Source of the DNA: Tubulanus polymorphus
Lineage: Eukaryota > Animalia > Nemertea
Reading direction: 5' to 3'
Assembly: GCF_964204645.1 (NCBI RefSeq)
Contig: NC_134028.1
Span: forward strand, 4,402,001 to 4,466,000
DNA: 64,000 nt
A program made the translations under genes and the position numbers. The first letter of the stretch is position 1, and each line of letters opens with the position of its first letter. The notes under the pieces were generated by a model that was given only the letters and a program-made list of their open reading frames with translations, made no database searches and was not told the origin of the DNA. Shown here piece after piece: positions 14,931-28,168 of the stretch.

Positions 14931-16171
14931 TCATCTCACTCGACCTCTCCAGTCTGGTTTCGGTTTGTCCATCTTGATACCTCTTGCGCGCAGTTTAGCG
15001 AGACTGATTTCAGTAACCGCGCTGCAATCCGTCACTTCCAGAGTTTGTAGATTGGTACAGAGATCGCCGAGTTGCCTGAAAATAATCACGTTTTTGATTG
15101 GAACAATTCAACAGTTCCATTGATCATCAATAGAAAAAATATTTACCTTAAAGATGCATTAGTCACCCTCCAGCAACCCTTTATACTGAGGTGCCTTAAT
15201 TGTAGTAGTCTGCCCAGCTGTGCAATTGATGCATCTGTTAAACCATATATTTTAGCGAGTGATAAATAAGATATACTGAAAGTAGAAATCATTAAATACA
15301 TCAAGCCCAGAGATCATCAAAATCAATAACTTTGTACATGAGCACTTAAAGAATAGCGACTGATTATATTATATCAAATATGATGTATTATATCAAATGA
15401 TATTGTAGCCTCATTCCTTATTTCATTAAGATTCTAAATCTTTTAGTCGAGTTGAGATATCAGAGGGATCTATTCATGAAATATGGACTAAATTAGATCA
15501 CAAGTCACATTTGATGATACTGAATGAAATAAAACCAGTACAAATGACCAACTCGAGTATCAGGGATATTGGGGTTCGTCACAGTAAATGTATCGTGACA
15601 AGAAACACGTGCGCATGATCAGATTGGTTTTGATCACTTACGATGGACAGCAAATAGTAACAGTAATCACAGCATCATCTGTGACGGACCAACAGCCGGA
15701 TAAATCAAGATGTTGCAATTCTACGAGGTTCGTAGCGATTTTACTCAAATGCGATGACGTGATCCAATGACAGTCTTTCAGAACGAGTTTCCTCATACGG
15801 TGACATCGTAATGATAACGTATGTATCGTTTTATAGCTGAGATTCGAGCAGAGGGTCAAGTCTAACGTGTGCAGTAGACAATTGAGTTCTAAAACCGGCA
15901 CCAAAATGTCATCGGTCATCCAAAGACTGGAATTTTCGAGTATTAACAAACGTATGGATCGGTTGTCTTGAGTAATTCGACTAAATATCGTAGGGTTCAT
16001 TTTCGCCGCATGATCGCGTAGGTCGAGTTTGCGTAATGTCCAGAAATACCCGTCGACCAGTTCCTTGAATTTGCGGCAAGCGCAACTGAGCCGAAATAAA
16101 TCCGACCACCTGAGAAAAGGAAATACGTATCGGTACGTAACATCCTCCCAAGGAATATCCAAAAACGACAT
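14931..16171 (-). CDS. FBXL15: F-box/LRR-repeat protein 15
   Basis: FLDIPWEDV N-terminal F-box followed by cysteine-containing LRRs (LDLSGCWSVTD, LSLAKIYGLTD, LSIKGCWRVTN). Exons are 16171-15642, 15275-15147 and 15075-14931. An acceptor just upstream of the ATG suggests a further 5' exon that I could not place. Confidence 0.88.
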
Positions 16172-16270
16172 TCTAAACACAAGAAACAACACTGTGGGGT
16201 TGATACTGCGATGGTTAGCTTTCTAAATGCAGTTTATTTGGCTTTTATTTGTTTATTTTTGGAGTGAAGT

Positions 16271-18823
16271 CAATCTTAAGAATCAGCAGAACATGGCGTC
16301 ACAAGCCCCGGGGCTTGTCACGCCATATCTGACATGGCGTCACAAGCCCCGAGTAAAATGCAGACTATATATAATTCACGCGGAACGAAGATAGATGTTC
16401 GCGTCGAACGGACCACGTTTTTGAGTCCGATACGACGTGTAAAACCTGAATGATATAATTTCAAGTACCGGTATGTCAATGTGTAATAAATTTCTATTTT
16501 TTCTTAACTTATTGTCTAAACGTATACACAGTACCGGTACTTATACGTTATTTTGAAGTATTCCGTTCAGTGCAACCACTTTGAAAGAAAATTATATCCC
16601 GTTTTTACTTAAGATTTTTATGTAAAATTCTTCGAATATGTTTTTTGCAGGTTTCCGTTATGGTGCGAGACGATCAGGAGATCATCAGCTACATTTACCA
16701 AAGCGATTTTGGTATATTTTTACATATGAACAAAATAAAAACAACGATTTATAAACTTTCTAAGACTTAATGATTGTTGTACTACTGATTGAAATTTAAG
16801 ATAATCAGTCACAATTATTTATTTATTTCTACGGAAATCCGATCGGGTCCTCTCACGCCATGAAAATTGAAGCTATTCTGCAGACCATTTAGGGCTCGAT
16901 ACGCCATATTGGCTGCTGAACATTTGGGGCCTGACACGCCATGTAGAAGACAGCGTGATTTTAGGAGCTTTTTGAAACAATATTTGCCTTTTTTCTAAGT
17001 CTAAATGATTGACAAACCATGTATAATGATCAATCTTTGAATATTTATGAAAATTATTCATCAATTGAAGCTATTCTGCAGACCGTTCGGGGCCTGACAC
17101 GCCATATTGGCTGCAGAACATCTGGGGCCTGACACGCGATGTAGGAGACAGCGTGATTTTAGGAGCTTTTTGAAACAATATTTGTCTTTTTTCTAAGTCT
17201 TAATGATTGACAAACCATGAATAATGATAAATCTTTGAATATTTATGATAATTAGTGACAATTATTCATCAATTGAAGCTATTCTGCAGACCGTTCGGGG
17301 CCTGGCACGCCATATTGGCTGCAGAACATTTGGGGCCTGACACGCCATGTAGAAGACAGCGTGATTTTAGGAGCTTTTTGAAACAATATTTGTCTTTTTT
17401 TCTAAGTCTAAATGATTGACAAACCATGTAGAATGATAAATCTTTGAACATTTAACACAATTAATGACAATTATTCATTTGTTTGTACGGAAAACCGTTC
17501 GGGTCCTCTCACGCCATGTCTCAATTGAAGCTATTCTGCAGACCATTTGGGGCCTGACACGCCATATTGGCTGCAGAACATTCGGGGCTTGACACGCCAT
17601 AGAAGACAAATTGCGGTTTTTCTAGCAGTATTTGTTTTGTTTTCTAACACTTTGTGATTGGCAAATCATGAACAATATATAACTAATTGAAACTAAAGAT
17701 ATAATTAGTGACAATTAATTGCTTCCATAGAAAACCGATCGGGTCCTCTCACGCCATATTGGCTGCAGAACATTTGGGGCCTGACACGCCATGTAGAACA
17801 CAACGTGATTTTAGGAGTTTTTTGTAACAGTATTTGCTTTTTTCTAAGACTAAATGATTGACAAACCATATAGTATGATTAATCTTTGAACATTTAAGAG
17901 AATTAGTGACAATTATTCATTTGTTTGTAGGAAAACCGATCGGGTCCTCTCACGCCATGTTTCAATTGAAGCTATTCTGCAGACCATTTGGGGCCTGACA
18001 CGCCATGTAAGAGGCTTAGTGATTTTAGGAGCCATATTGACTGCAGATCACACTAGATTGGAGCCTGGCTCACCATATATGTTTTTCTAACATTATCTAT
18101 GTTTTTCTAAGACTAATTGATCAACAAATTATGTGAAATAGATGAATGATTCATTGAAATGCAAGATAGTTCATTAAAATTTTTATTCTGTAAAACTCAT
18201 TCAGTAGATATGTAATGTTTTTGTATTTTTCATATGCTGGCGAAATATGTGATTGTTTAAATTGTGTTTCAAAATAAAGTGTGTACACTGCATTAGATTA
18301 ACAAACAACAATCAATTTCTATTCTGTAAAACTCATTTTGTAAATATGTATGCCAGTGAAGTAGGATAAGATAAGTTTTTAATTGTGTTTTAAGTGTAAA
18401 ATGTTTTCAATCTATCAATACATTCCGTAAATAGATATGTTAAGTTTTACCTTACCCTGGTATTTTCCTGTTCCATCAGATTCTTACAAAATAAGAAATT
18501 CATATCAAATAAAGTTTGATTCAAACATTACTCGTTATAAGTTATTGATTAAAAGTAATCTTCTGAATCAAATCATTTTCATATATGCGATGTAATATGT
18601 AGTTCTTATTATGTATATATAGTACGTTGTAAATCATCTATGACAAATAAATATCCAATCGAATATTTCAACTTCGGAAGAAAAACCCGAGACGTAGTCG
18701 ACGTTTCATCTCCTGCATAGGATTTGATTTTCATTTTATGTTTACCACATGGCGTGTCAGGTTTCAATATGGCGTGACAAGCCTCGGGGCTTGTGACGCC
18801 ATATGCAGCAGGTCTTAAGATTG
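16271..18823. mobile_element. Non-autonomous DNA transposon with about 58-bp terminal inverted repeats and an internal satellite
   Basis: Left end CAATCTTAAGAATCAGCAGAACATGGCGTCACAAGCCCCGGGGCTTGTCACGCCATAT matches the reverse complement of the right end, CAATCTTAAGACCTGCTGCATATGGCGTCACAAGCCCCGAGGCTTGTCACGCCATAT. No transposase ORF. Confidence 0.85.
16835..18080. repeat. Tandem array of about 200-250-bp units with GGGGCCTGACACGCCAT subrepeats
   Basis: Blocks of TTGAAGCTATTCTGCAGACC...GGGGCCTGACACGCCATATTGGCTGCAGAACAT...GATTTTAGGAGC recur about 5-6 times. Confidence 0.93.
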
Positions 18824-20354
18824 CCCTAGATGTATTTTTGTTGGTTCGAGAATATGGAATATGCGCGTAGCGAGTCAGTGCCTCTGGGTCAGCTGTGGCG
18901 CTTCGACTCCTCTTGCCTCATCCAGATACAATACAATACAAATGTAGATTTTATTTTCCCGATTGTACGAAAATCCGGGCATACAGTAAAAATTTGTCAT
19001 TTTTAACTTTCTCACTTTACTGTATATCATTATTAAAAATTTACATTCCGTCTTTATTTTTTTCAAGGTTTTAAATCTGATTGATCAATAAGCTTTTATC
19101 TAAGTTTTACGAGTGGGGCAAGGATCTCGATCCATGGAAGACTAAAAACTTTGAAAAGATTGGAAGAATAGATCTTGTAATATATTAATAAATGAATAGC
19201 GGGTTAGCTTGCGACGGTCTACTTGGCGGTGCCATATCCGGTGGGTGGGGTCCACGCGATGTTGGTGGTTTCAGCCGATTTCAACTTGCGACCGGCGTAG
19301 CCTGATTTCTGACGAGGTTTCAAATATAGTCTAACATCGCGTGAACTTTTTTGGTTGTCAGTCCCGCATCACATATTTTCCGCAGTGGAGAGTTTGAAAT
19401 CAACTGTTGAAAAACAATCCTTAGTACACCACCTACACCTCACTTGTAAAATCCCCCGATAATATTCTACCATGTGTCACAGAAGAAGAGAAGGTATTGC
19501 AATTTTTCAAATGCATTCAAAACAAATGGACCATCCTGGGCTCACAATACTATTTTGCACATAACCAGTTGTGCAAGAGTTTGTAATGGTAGAAGTGTAC
19601 TCTTTTTATAAGCACGAAAGATTGATCCGCTGAACATGTTGCGAAGAGCTGTGGCCTCTGACGACAATCGATACCTTGTATACACACACGTACGCATGTT
19701 ACTCCCTAACTGCGGGTCCCAGCTGTTCATGTTTGACACGATCAGATTTCGACAGCCGCGCAATCAACGTTCCCAGTTGCTAAAATACATGTATGTACAT
19801 CGTTAAATCAATATTTATTCAATTATTCGCCGTAATATCGATTGACAAACCCACAAAATATTCCATTCCTCATTGAAAACAAAAACAAAATAATTTAGAA
19901 GTAGGTATCGATCATCTCATCAAATAACCAAATGATACATATCCAGAATAATCATAGATTAATGTCGTCATTGCATTTACTAACAAAGTAAAATCTTAAT
20001 CAAGCTCCGATGTACACTGCAATTCCAAATTGATATACACGACAAAAGCATACAGAAATAGGAAAGTATTAATATTTTTGTTGAGAAATCTTTATCGTTC
20101 GTGTTAATTTACTCGCAGTACACATTCTAACTTTTCTAGTGCTAAGGAACATTTGCATAACGTGGTCTCTTAAATTCACTGCACAGTTGGTATAAACTCG
20201 CTATCTCAGATATAAAATATAAAGCATTAAAATAAGCAGTTACGCGCGAAACCATTATCATTCGATATATATTTTATTCAACTTAGATCTGAGGTAACTG
20301 TTAAACACAAGTTCCTTGATTTATAGTTTAAAACGAATATAATGACTCATATAT

Positions 20355-21368
20355 CTAATTCACGTGCACACATGGTTTTGGAAGCCAAGGCATTTCAGTA
20401 ATCGGGGAGGCTTTATCTGTTTGACTGTATGACCACGTGTGCACCGGGATATTTCCGATTTTTAATGTTTCGTTGATCACCCCATCGACACAAGTTCGTT
20501 CGACAAACCTGAAAAACGGCTTCAGAGTTGAACATTTAACCGATTTGTAAAATTTGCGTAACGATTCTATCCTGTGGTCGTAGTAGTCCCCTATACAATC
20601 ACCGACCAGGTCAGCTTTAGGACCGTATTGTAACTTAACAAATAATGTCCATCGTTTTGGAGCCGGTAACCAAAGATTTTCAAACGGAACGTTTACCAAC
20701 GGGAAGAAAACGTCTCGAGGAAATTCTCGAAACTTATCTGCCTTTCCTATAAGGAGAGTGATATTATTTCCATTGTCTTCATAGTGGAAAATATCGATAA
20801 AGGGCCACGAATGGCTGTAAAAATGCCCTGGTTTATTGCGAACGGGGGTCCGAGGAAGAGATGACAGAAATACCTTCCAATGAGTTCGTGGATAATCAAA
20901 AGATAATAGTTTCAACTTTGGAGACACTAAATTCCGTTCGAATAGACTTTTTATCAATGGTAATTTACCTCGCGGCACCGCAATATCAAAGTCATCGTCC
21001 CAGGGAATGAATCCGTGATGGCGTATTGAACCCAGAAGCGAGCCACCGACAAGCATGAATGGGATATTGTTCTTATCCAGTACATCTTTAAACAGCGTCA
21101 TTAACTCAATAATCCGAGTTTTATCAGCTTTCTTGAAACCAACCCCGAAATACGTGACCGCTTCGTGTAGACTGTCGATATCCGGTGCATTTTTATTATG
21201 AAGTTTCATGCCGAGTTGAATATCTTGCCCAACGCCATTTCGTCCAAAAGATATAAATCTTTTCTCTGGATAGCCAATTTTAAACATTTCATCCACAACC
21301 AGTAGTATGGTTAAAAGCAACAAAACTATTACAACTACTGATGACATGATAAGTTTGATTCTAAACAT
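20355..21368 (-). CDS. LicD/fukutin-related nucleotidyltransferase-fold protein, copy A (337 aa, intronless CDS)
   Basis: N-terminal TM anchor, signature [22 protein letters not shown] and WPFIDIF motif, as in the LicD/FKRP family. Confidence 0.92.
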   Translation of the reverse strand: MFRIKLIMSSVVVIVLLLLTILLVVDEMFKIGYPEKRFISFGRNGVGQDIQLGMKLHNKNAPDIDSLHEAVTYFGVGFKKADKTRIIELMTLFKDVLDKNNIPFMLVGGSLLGSIRHHGFIPWDDDFDIAVPRGKLPLIKSLFERNLVSPKLKLLSFDYPRTHWKVFLSSLPRTPVRNKPGHFYSHSWPFIDIFHYEDNGNNITLLIGKADKFREFPRDVFFPLVNVPFENLWLPAPKRWTLFVKLQYGPKADLVGDCIGDYYDHRIESLRKFYKSVKCSTLKPFFRFVERTCVDGVINETLKIGNIPVHTWSYSQTDKASPITEMPWLPKPCVHVN

Positions 21369-24032
21369 TCTGCTGATTTTTAAGCCTGCTGCAGCTCGTT
21401 GTGAAATGCTGATTCGATTTGTTTTTTTTTTACTGCGATCAGTCTTTCGACAACGGGTTTAGTATATCACCATATGCTCAAACACATGGCGAGTAGGCCC
21501 TACACAACCTGAGACTCAAGACGAAGTTTCCTCCAAAACAATGCAGGGCTAGGGCTTTGGTCGACAGTATGGAGGCTAACATTACAAGTTTATAATACCG
21601 GATTTTTTGTCTTCGTCATCCAGTTGACAATAAAAATCAGTCGCTGGTGGCAATTTCTTTTGAGAAATGACGATAAATATACCTTAATTCATAGCTCAAA
21701 AATGAATGAATGAGTGAGTATTTCATGCATGTGTGCATGGTTTTAGTAGCCCGGGTAATTCGGTAATGGAGGAGGCGTATCCCGAGGCTTGTAACTTGAC
21801 AAATGATGTCCATGTACCGTTATTTTTTTTTTGTTACCAACCGTTTAATATCGAGCAATACGATATATGTAATATACATCAGCATTCTATGGCATATGGT
21901 GAGTTACCATTGGGGATATTTTTCCCCAAAAATCTATGTACGTAATTCATATTACTGAAGAACCCACATCTGTGTTTGCCCTAATCGAACCTGCACATCA
22001 AAGGTAGACTCAGTTTAATAGATTTATATTATTGATAGTGATTGCAAGACGTTTATATTCAGTGGTAACTGCTTTTTTGTACATAAGGTTCTTGTGATCT
22101 ACGTAACAGCGTGAATAGGTCACCAGCTGCTAGGACAATTTCGTTTTAGTTGAAAACAAGAAGTTTCCAGTTTTTATATGCCATTTCGTTGTTGCGATAA
22201 TTGTCGCGCTTTTGATGCATGAGTTTTGATTGCATATCAATAGGCTTTACAGTCCCTTGCGTGATAAACTTAATTCATACATCATTTTTTTAGATGCAAT
22301 GAAATGCGCTGCAGATTTTAGCTGGCACATAGAGACGGGAAACGCCTTTAATACGTGGTCCCAATAAACGCTGGCAATAAATCTCACCACATCTGCAATA
22401 GCGACATTGCAGCATGTGCTGAGTTTACGTGTTTGCTCTTCCAAGAGGGGGAGTTAGTAGACTATGGGAAGTTCGACTCCCGCGCGGGAAATATCATTTT
22501 CCTACATCTTTCTTTATGTTTTCCTTACAGTTTTGCTGCCATGGTATCCGCTATCTGAGTATTCCTTGGCGAACGGACCTCCCCGGGCACACCCAAGTTC
22601 TTTGGGAGAGGACCCGCATGTTGTCCTCGGACGCTGATACGATGAAACATCCCACTTGATGATATCTTACATCATTTATCGATCTAACGGTTTCAAGATA
22701 ATTCAAATCTCATTATCAGAGAAGTAATAATAATGTCATGCTAACGATCGCTCACGATTTTCGGATTCTTCTTCCTACATCAACCTCTCTATCCGTCATG
22801 TAACATTTATACGTCCACTACTGAAAAACGGGAAATTAATTGCGACGTTTTCATGAAGTTCTGGGCTAGAAAATCGTGGTTTGTGTCTTTTGCTAGCGTC
22901 GAAACGTCTTCGAAAGCATGTCGTGTGATTGATATCCAAAGCTTAAGCACACCTTGCGTTTTAAACATCGGTGAACACGCAATCAGTAAATGATTGTATT
23001 TTATTGTTCAACCTCTTCCCAATCGGAAATGGAACAGTTGGTGCGATTAGTTGCTGTTACGTCTATCTAATGAAAATAAAATTGAAAGGACGAATTTGTT
23101 GTATCTTAAGGAAAACTCTTCGAATTAAAAAAAAAATGGGCATGGAAGAAATCTCATCTGTACTTTTTAAGGAAAATAGAATAAAAAAACCGGCCGCCTT
23201 CGCTGTACTTAACGTGGTAGATATGGTGAAAAACGAGGAATTTCAGTTATTTAGGTGTTGTTAGTTCTCTTTTTTGTTCTCTTTTTTGGGTAATTATTTG
23301 CCGCAGCACATGTAGAAATATTAAATGAAAACTAATCCCAAGAAACATCCTCACGCTCTTTATCCAGACAGATACTGTATTGATTATATATCTGCCAGAT
23401 TAAACGCTTTGGATTTCAGTAAACTGAATCAACATGGAATACAAAAGTAGACAGCTGTTACAAGCTAACGTTACGGTAACATTTGTAAAAGGTTATTGGC
23501 GGCATTAAAAAAACAATCAAATTTGAAATTTTCAAAATTAAATTTAGAAAACAAAAATTACTCTATAAAATGGACTGACGTCGCGCTTTTTCGAAAAAAG
23601 CTGTCGCCGACAAACTCACGACAACAAGAAGACTGAGAAATGATACGATGCGTCATTGAACGCGAGCATTGACTGTAGTAGAACCGTGTTGTTAATATCG
23701 CCAAGCCATAAGCCGATTTTCTAACCAGAGGTTGCTACCACGAAATGACGGATTCAGCCTATTGGACAGAGATATTCACGTCCAAAAAAGTCACATCCCG
23801 ATATATGTCACTCTGTCACCCAAAGACCAACGAAATAAAGTAGTGCTCCATATTCATCTAAATTTACTATTTATAACTAATAAATCATTTACTTTACACT
23901 TACAGTCCATGATCCCGAAGCCTTTGTTCTACGAAGCGGTAAGTGTAATTATTGCACTTACATAGTTGAAGTTGCTGTAAAATTCACAACGAATGATCTG
24001 AGTCTAATTAATTCACTTGTGTGAGATTTTAA

Positions 24033-25037
24033 CTATGTACATGGTTTTGGAAGCCAAGGCATTTCTGTAATCGGGGAGGCTTTATCTGTTTGACTGTATG
24101 ACCACGTGTGCACCGGGATATTTCCGATTTTTAATGTTTCGTTGATCACCCCATCGACACAAGTTCGTTCGACAAACCTGAAAAACGGCTTCAGAGTTGA
24201 ACATTTAACCGATTTGTAAAATTTGCGTAACGATTCTATCCTGTGGTCATAGTAGTCCCCTATACAATCACCGACCAGGTCAGCTTTAGGACCGTATTGT
24301 AACTTAACAAATAATGTCCATCGTTTTGGAGCCGGTAACCAAAGATTTTCAAACGGAACGTTTACCAACGGGAAGAAAACGTCTCGAGGAAATTCTCGAA
24401 ACTTATCTGCCTTTCCTATAAGGAGAGTGATATTATTTCCATTGTCTTCATAGTGGAAAATATCGATAAAGGGCCACGAATGGCTGTAAAACTGCCCTGG
24501 TCTATTGCGAACGGGAGTCCGAGAAATAGATGACAGAAATACCTTCCAGTGAGCTCGTGGATATGTGGAAGATCTTAGTTTCAACTTCGGAGACACTAAA
24601 TTCCGTTCGAATAGACTTTTTATCAATGGTAATTTACCTCGCGGCACCGCAATATCAAAGTCATCGTCCCACGGAATGAATCCGTGATGGCGTATTGAAC
24701 CCAGCAGCGAGCCACCGACAAGCATGAATGGGATATTGTTCTTATCCAGTACATCTTTAAACAGCGTCACTAATTCGTGGAATTGAGTTTTGTCAGTTTT
24801 ATTAAAACCAACACCGAAATATTTGACCGCTTCATGTAGGCTGTCGATATCCGGCGCTTTTTCGTTATGAACTGTTATACCGTATTTCGCGCTAGGTCTG
24901 TTTGTCCCGTTAGGCAGAAAACGGTATATGATTCTATCCGAAAGTTCGTGCGGATTGTGCGTCTTTAAAAGGTCTATGGTGAAAATCAACAATATCACAG
25001 CGATAAACGTCAGCACGATTTGTTTCCATCGAAACAT
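24033..25037 (-). CDS. LicD/fukutin-related protein, copy B (334 aa, intronless CDS)
   Basis: Same motifs. The catalytic region is nearly identical to copy A while the N-terminal TM and stem diverge. Confidence 0.92.
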   Translation of the reverse strand: MFRWKQIVLTFIAVILLIFTIDLLKTHNPHELSDRIIYRFLPNGTNRPSAKYGITVHNEKAPDIDSLHEAVKYFGVGFNKTDKTQFHELVTLFKDVLDKNNIPFMLVGGSLLGSIRHHGFIPWDDDFDIAVPRGKLPLIKSLFERNLVSPKLKLRSSTYPRAHWKVFLSSISRTPVRNRPGQFYSHSWPFIDIFHYEDNGNNITLLIGKADKFREFPRDVFFPLVNVPFENLWLPAPKRWTLFVKLQYGPKADLVGDCIGDYYDHRIESLRKFYKSVKCSTLKPFFRFVERTCVDGVINETLKIGNIPVHTWSYSQTDKASPITEMPWLPKPCT

Positions 25038-26440
25038 CCTTTTGAATATGTATGTATCTATAAAGCTGTCCAGAAACTTGTAAAATCACCAACGGTGATG
25101 TCGACCTAACAGACTCTTGTCTGCAGATTGATGCAATCACGAATGAGAAAATCATAGATCAAAATCGGTGCTTTATTCATTGGGTAGCACCTGTCACTAC
25201 GCCAGCCCACAGCTGTTTCATGGTACGGGCTGTAACTGAATCGGTCAACGTTTAACTTGTATGATTATATACGTATAGGGTACGCCTACTATAGCAACGA
25301 AATTGGGCATGCGACGTTTCGATTTTCATCTTAAAACCTCAAAGCGTTTAAATATTGAGTGATTTCGATGATTGGTTAAACAATGCCAGAGGATTTTGCC
25401 TAATATGATTTGGGGTTTAGCATCCCTCCATGGGTCATATAATTAAGATTGTTCTAACTTATTGACTGCGATTATTGATATTTGGAAAATATTTTGGTGG
25501 ATCCTTAACTGAGAGGCTGTGACCGCCAGAAATGATTTTCGTGTCATGAGAAAATTGGGACGTCGTTCACCTCAGTCTCTAGGGGCCCATGGTTTATATC
25601 GGTCGGTGGCACTGTTTGACTATGTTCGTGTCACTCTTATCTTGGACCTAAAAAAGTTTATCTAACGAAGCGCTAAAAATAGATATAAAACGACAACAAA
25701 CCATGGATGCTTCGGTAAAAACCTTTCAGAGGAGGTTATTTTTAAACAATCTTGTAGAAAACATGTACATTGTACTATACGTTCGAGCCAGTTTTTGAAG
25801 AGTGATGATTGTTCTGAAAGTTGAGTGTTGCGAGATTATTTGATTAACATTTTGAAAAGTATTAACCTGCGAAGAGGAAAATCTAAAAGATGAATTCTAA
25901 ATGAATCTCGTTTAGCATGTTTAGCTGAAGGGCCTTTCGCATCCAATCTGTGCCAACAAACGTAAAAATACGGCTACGATATACGATTGACTGCCAGTGC
26001 CAAGTGCCACGTCGACAGAAATCGACAGAATCTTAAAAAGATGCGCAAATATTGTATTTGAAAGTCAGTTTCCCAGTAGCATCAGAAAATGGATTGTGGA
26101 AAAATAACAAATGTCACGGGACGAAACATGAGCCGACCAATCCGGCCTTGGGGCTCGAAAACTGAACGTGACAATCATACAGCCGGATCGCGTCATAATG
26201 CACTTTTATCTTTGCATCTGTTGGCCTAAACCATAGGTATCAGACCATAGAACTAAACCTGACAAAAAGTCGTTGAACTAGTACATGTATAGTAAAAACA
26301 ACATCTAGAAAAAAAATCGACGTTTCGTACGCACATCGTATAGCAGTGACCCCATTTTTCATTTTATTGTCGACACTCATACACCTCAAGGTCGTAGACA
26401 ATTTCGGTGACGACACGACCGAGCAAGTATTCTGAACCAA

Positions 26441-28168
26441 ATGCTAAAATGTATGTGTGTAATTCTATTCATTCATTAAGGATGTTTCCTTAAGGATGTT
26501 TAATGTTTGTTTCCCCATACTTGATCCCATTATGGATGAGTTTTAACGGGATTGACTGCAGTTTAAATGTCTTTGTTGTTGATTATTGTTTGGGGAAATG
26601 TTTTGATTCAGTTCAAATCACAAAAATTACCAATTATTAATACACCGTCACCATATCATCTGACATCTTTACCATCACATTTTAATGATTTAAAGATGTT
26701 TTATTATTTCAGCTTTATTACGTGTGGTCTCATCTTGTAGATGTAGACCTAACGCTTCTACTGTTACTACTAATAATACGGGTATTTGGAGTCTTCAAGT
26801 GATAAAACGTGAAATGAGCGATCTTCATAAAACTACTAAAACGGTAAATCCATCATTCTAAATACAGTAAAACTTTATTATTATCATGTTAACATTATTC
26901 AACATCAGTGTTAATAGATTATTATTTCAAATTGATCATCAGTGACTTAACATGTTTTTACTCAATTCAAACTTCAATAGTGTCTTCACAGGATTTTTAA
27001 GATGAAAAGATAAAAAACTAGATTTTTTCATTTTAAGAATTGTTTATGGGATCATTTTATTCCATTTGCAGACTGCTTTATTGTTACTTTATTTCAGCAT
27101 GGCCCTATTGGAATGACTGTTATTCAAAAGCTGAATCAGGAACTCCAGGTAAACTATGGCCACACCTATTCAGAATCGCAGTAGACTCCTTCAACCTTAC
27201 TGCTTTGAGTTCAGACTGAAAGTTCTGAGGATTGAAAGACTTTCCTTAAATACAGTGAAATTAACTTTTGTGGCCTCTGAGGAGTTGTCAGTTAGTATCA
27301 GCAAACTGTATCCATCATATCACGTGTGTTTCTTATTCGATTTGCAGCCTCAGCACCTCGAAGTTTACAATGAAAGCTACATGCACAACGTTCCAAAAGG
27401 TCAGAAAAATCTCGTACATTTTGTCAATTCCTTAATCCACATTTAGCCTCCGATAGATGAACAGAAGACTGCTTAATGAAGATCATTTAGGACCAATTCA
27501 TTTAGGACCAATAAGCTTGGTATTAGTTTTATGTACATTTATTTAAAAGGATGAACGGTGAATACATGTAATTTGTGATGAGATCAGAACTGGATGATCC
27601 GGATTAAGCAGGAATCTGATGTATTGTAGAAACTGTAGTGCCTGTTGTCATTTTATCTAAAACCGTTATTCGATATTTAATATTTAAATTGTTCATCAAT
27701 AACATATTCGTAGTTTTGTCTTATTGGGTTAATATTAGGTGCTGAAAAACATTTCAAAGTGGTAATCGTTTCGGATAAATTCAAAGGACAATCGCTTATA
27801 AAGGTATACAAAATTCTCGGAGTCATCTGAAAACTGTCATTAGAATAATTAATTCAGCATAGTTTTTTGATGCCATTAACTCTCAAAGTGATAAATTGAT
27901 AATGATATTGTTGTATTTGAGTTTTGGATTTTTTTTTATTCAGAGACATCGTCAAGTTAATGATATTTTAAAGGAGGAACTTAGTTCTGCTATACACGCG
28001 CTATCCATCATTGTAAGAACCGTTTCCAATGGTTTTTATCTCAGAAGTTTTGTTGTCCTTTCATTTCTCTGTCGTTGATTCTTTTCGCAGGCAAAAACAC
28101 CCGAACAATGGAACGAAAATCATAATGTTGGGAAATCGCCGCCGTGCGCCGGAGGAGCTGGCAAATAG
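26441..28168 (+). CDS. BOLA1: BolA-like protein (BOLA1 type) with probable mitochondrial presequence, 7 coding exons
   Basis: Spliced product MLKSLLRVVSSCRCRP...KLNQELQ|PQHLEVYNESYMHNVPKG|AEKHFKVVIVSDKFKGQSLIK|RHRQVNDILKEELSSAIHALSII|AKTPEQW...SPPCAGGAGK*. All junctions are GT-AG and in frame. Confidence 0.9.

Noticed and set aside
16835-18080. CRISPR-like recurring short repeats
   Set aside because: The intervening sequences are themselves repeated, the context is eukaryotic and there are no cas genes; it is a satellite inside a TIR element.
25980-26004. miR-96-like sequence CTTGGCACTGGCAG on the minus strand
   Set aside because: No convincing complementary arm for a pre-miRNA hairpin.
27574-27619. 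GTGATGA...CTGA in a BolA intron
   Set aside because: Only about 45 nt between the boxes, too short for a canonical C/D snoRNA.
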